Assembly: GCA_023246355.1 (NCBI GenBank)
Contig: JAHFIQ010000001.1
Location: 350,247 to 414,246, forward strand
Length of the DNA stretch: 64,000 bases
Reading direction: 5' to 3'
Source: Candidatus Uhrbacteria bacterium
Lineage (GTDB): Bacteria; Patescibacteriota; Patescibacteriia; UBA9934; GWF2-40-263
Shown: positions 63,913-64,000 of the stretch, piece by piece
Position numbering within the stretch: the first letter of the stretch is position 1
How the letters are laid out: each line of letters begins with the position of its first letter
The notes under the pieces: model-generated
The model's database searches: none
Told to the model about the DNA's origin: nothing
Seen by the model: only the letters and a program-made list of their open reading frames with translations
Translations under genes and position numbers: made by a program

Positions 63913-64000
63913 ACTCGCCGCCTCCAGCTAGGCGGTTTTCTGTTGCTTATTTTAGCCAAAATACTTCCTTTTCCTCTGCCTAAGGCCAGATACATTCTGC

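Overview
Chromosomal window of a Candidate Phyla Radiation bacterium (Patescibacteria, probably Parcubacteria/ABY1-like). This is inferred from the divergent 16S rRNA, compact RpoB, CPR-style giant surface proteins and a pilin; TGA is used as a stop codon. It holds a 14-kb cell-surface/fibre locus and core genes (ychF, rpsF-ssb-rpsR-epmA-efp, recA, ftsK, rpoBC, ruvC, khpA, trmD, rlmN, rpsP). It also has five canonical tRNAs, one atypical tRNA, a stand-alone 16S rRNA gene and many orphan single-gene cassettes. The main finding is a five-gene operon between rpoC and ruvC (37320-41392) that looks like a complete prokaryotic ubiquitin-like conjugation system: a JAB/JAMM peptidase, a ThiF/E1, a Ubl ending in GG, a coiled-coil E2-like enzyme, and an apparently inactive paralog of that E2. 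Other oddities are a G3:U70 tRNA with an abnormal anticodon arm and an antisense copy of that arm in its leader, a GTAG-type REP palindrome in frame within trmD, a dispersed 9-bp microrepeat, and a pyrB start shifted by a C5 tract. All calls come from reading motifs by eye; no database search was run.
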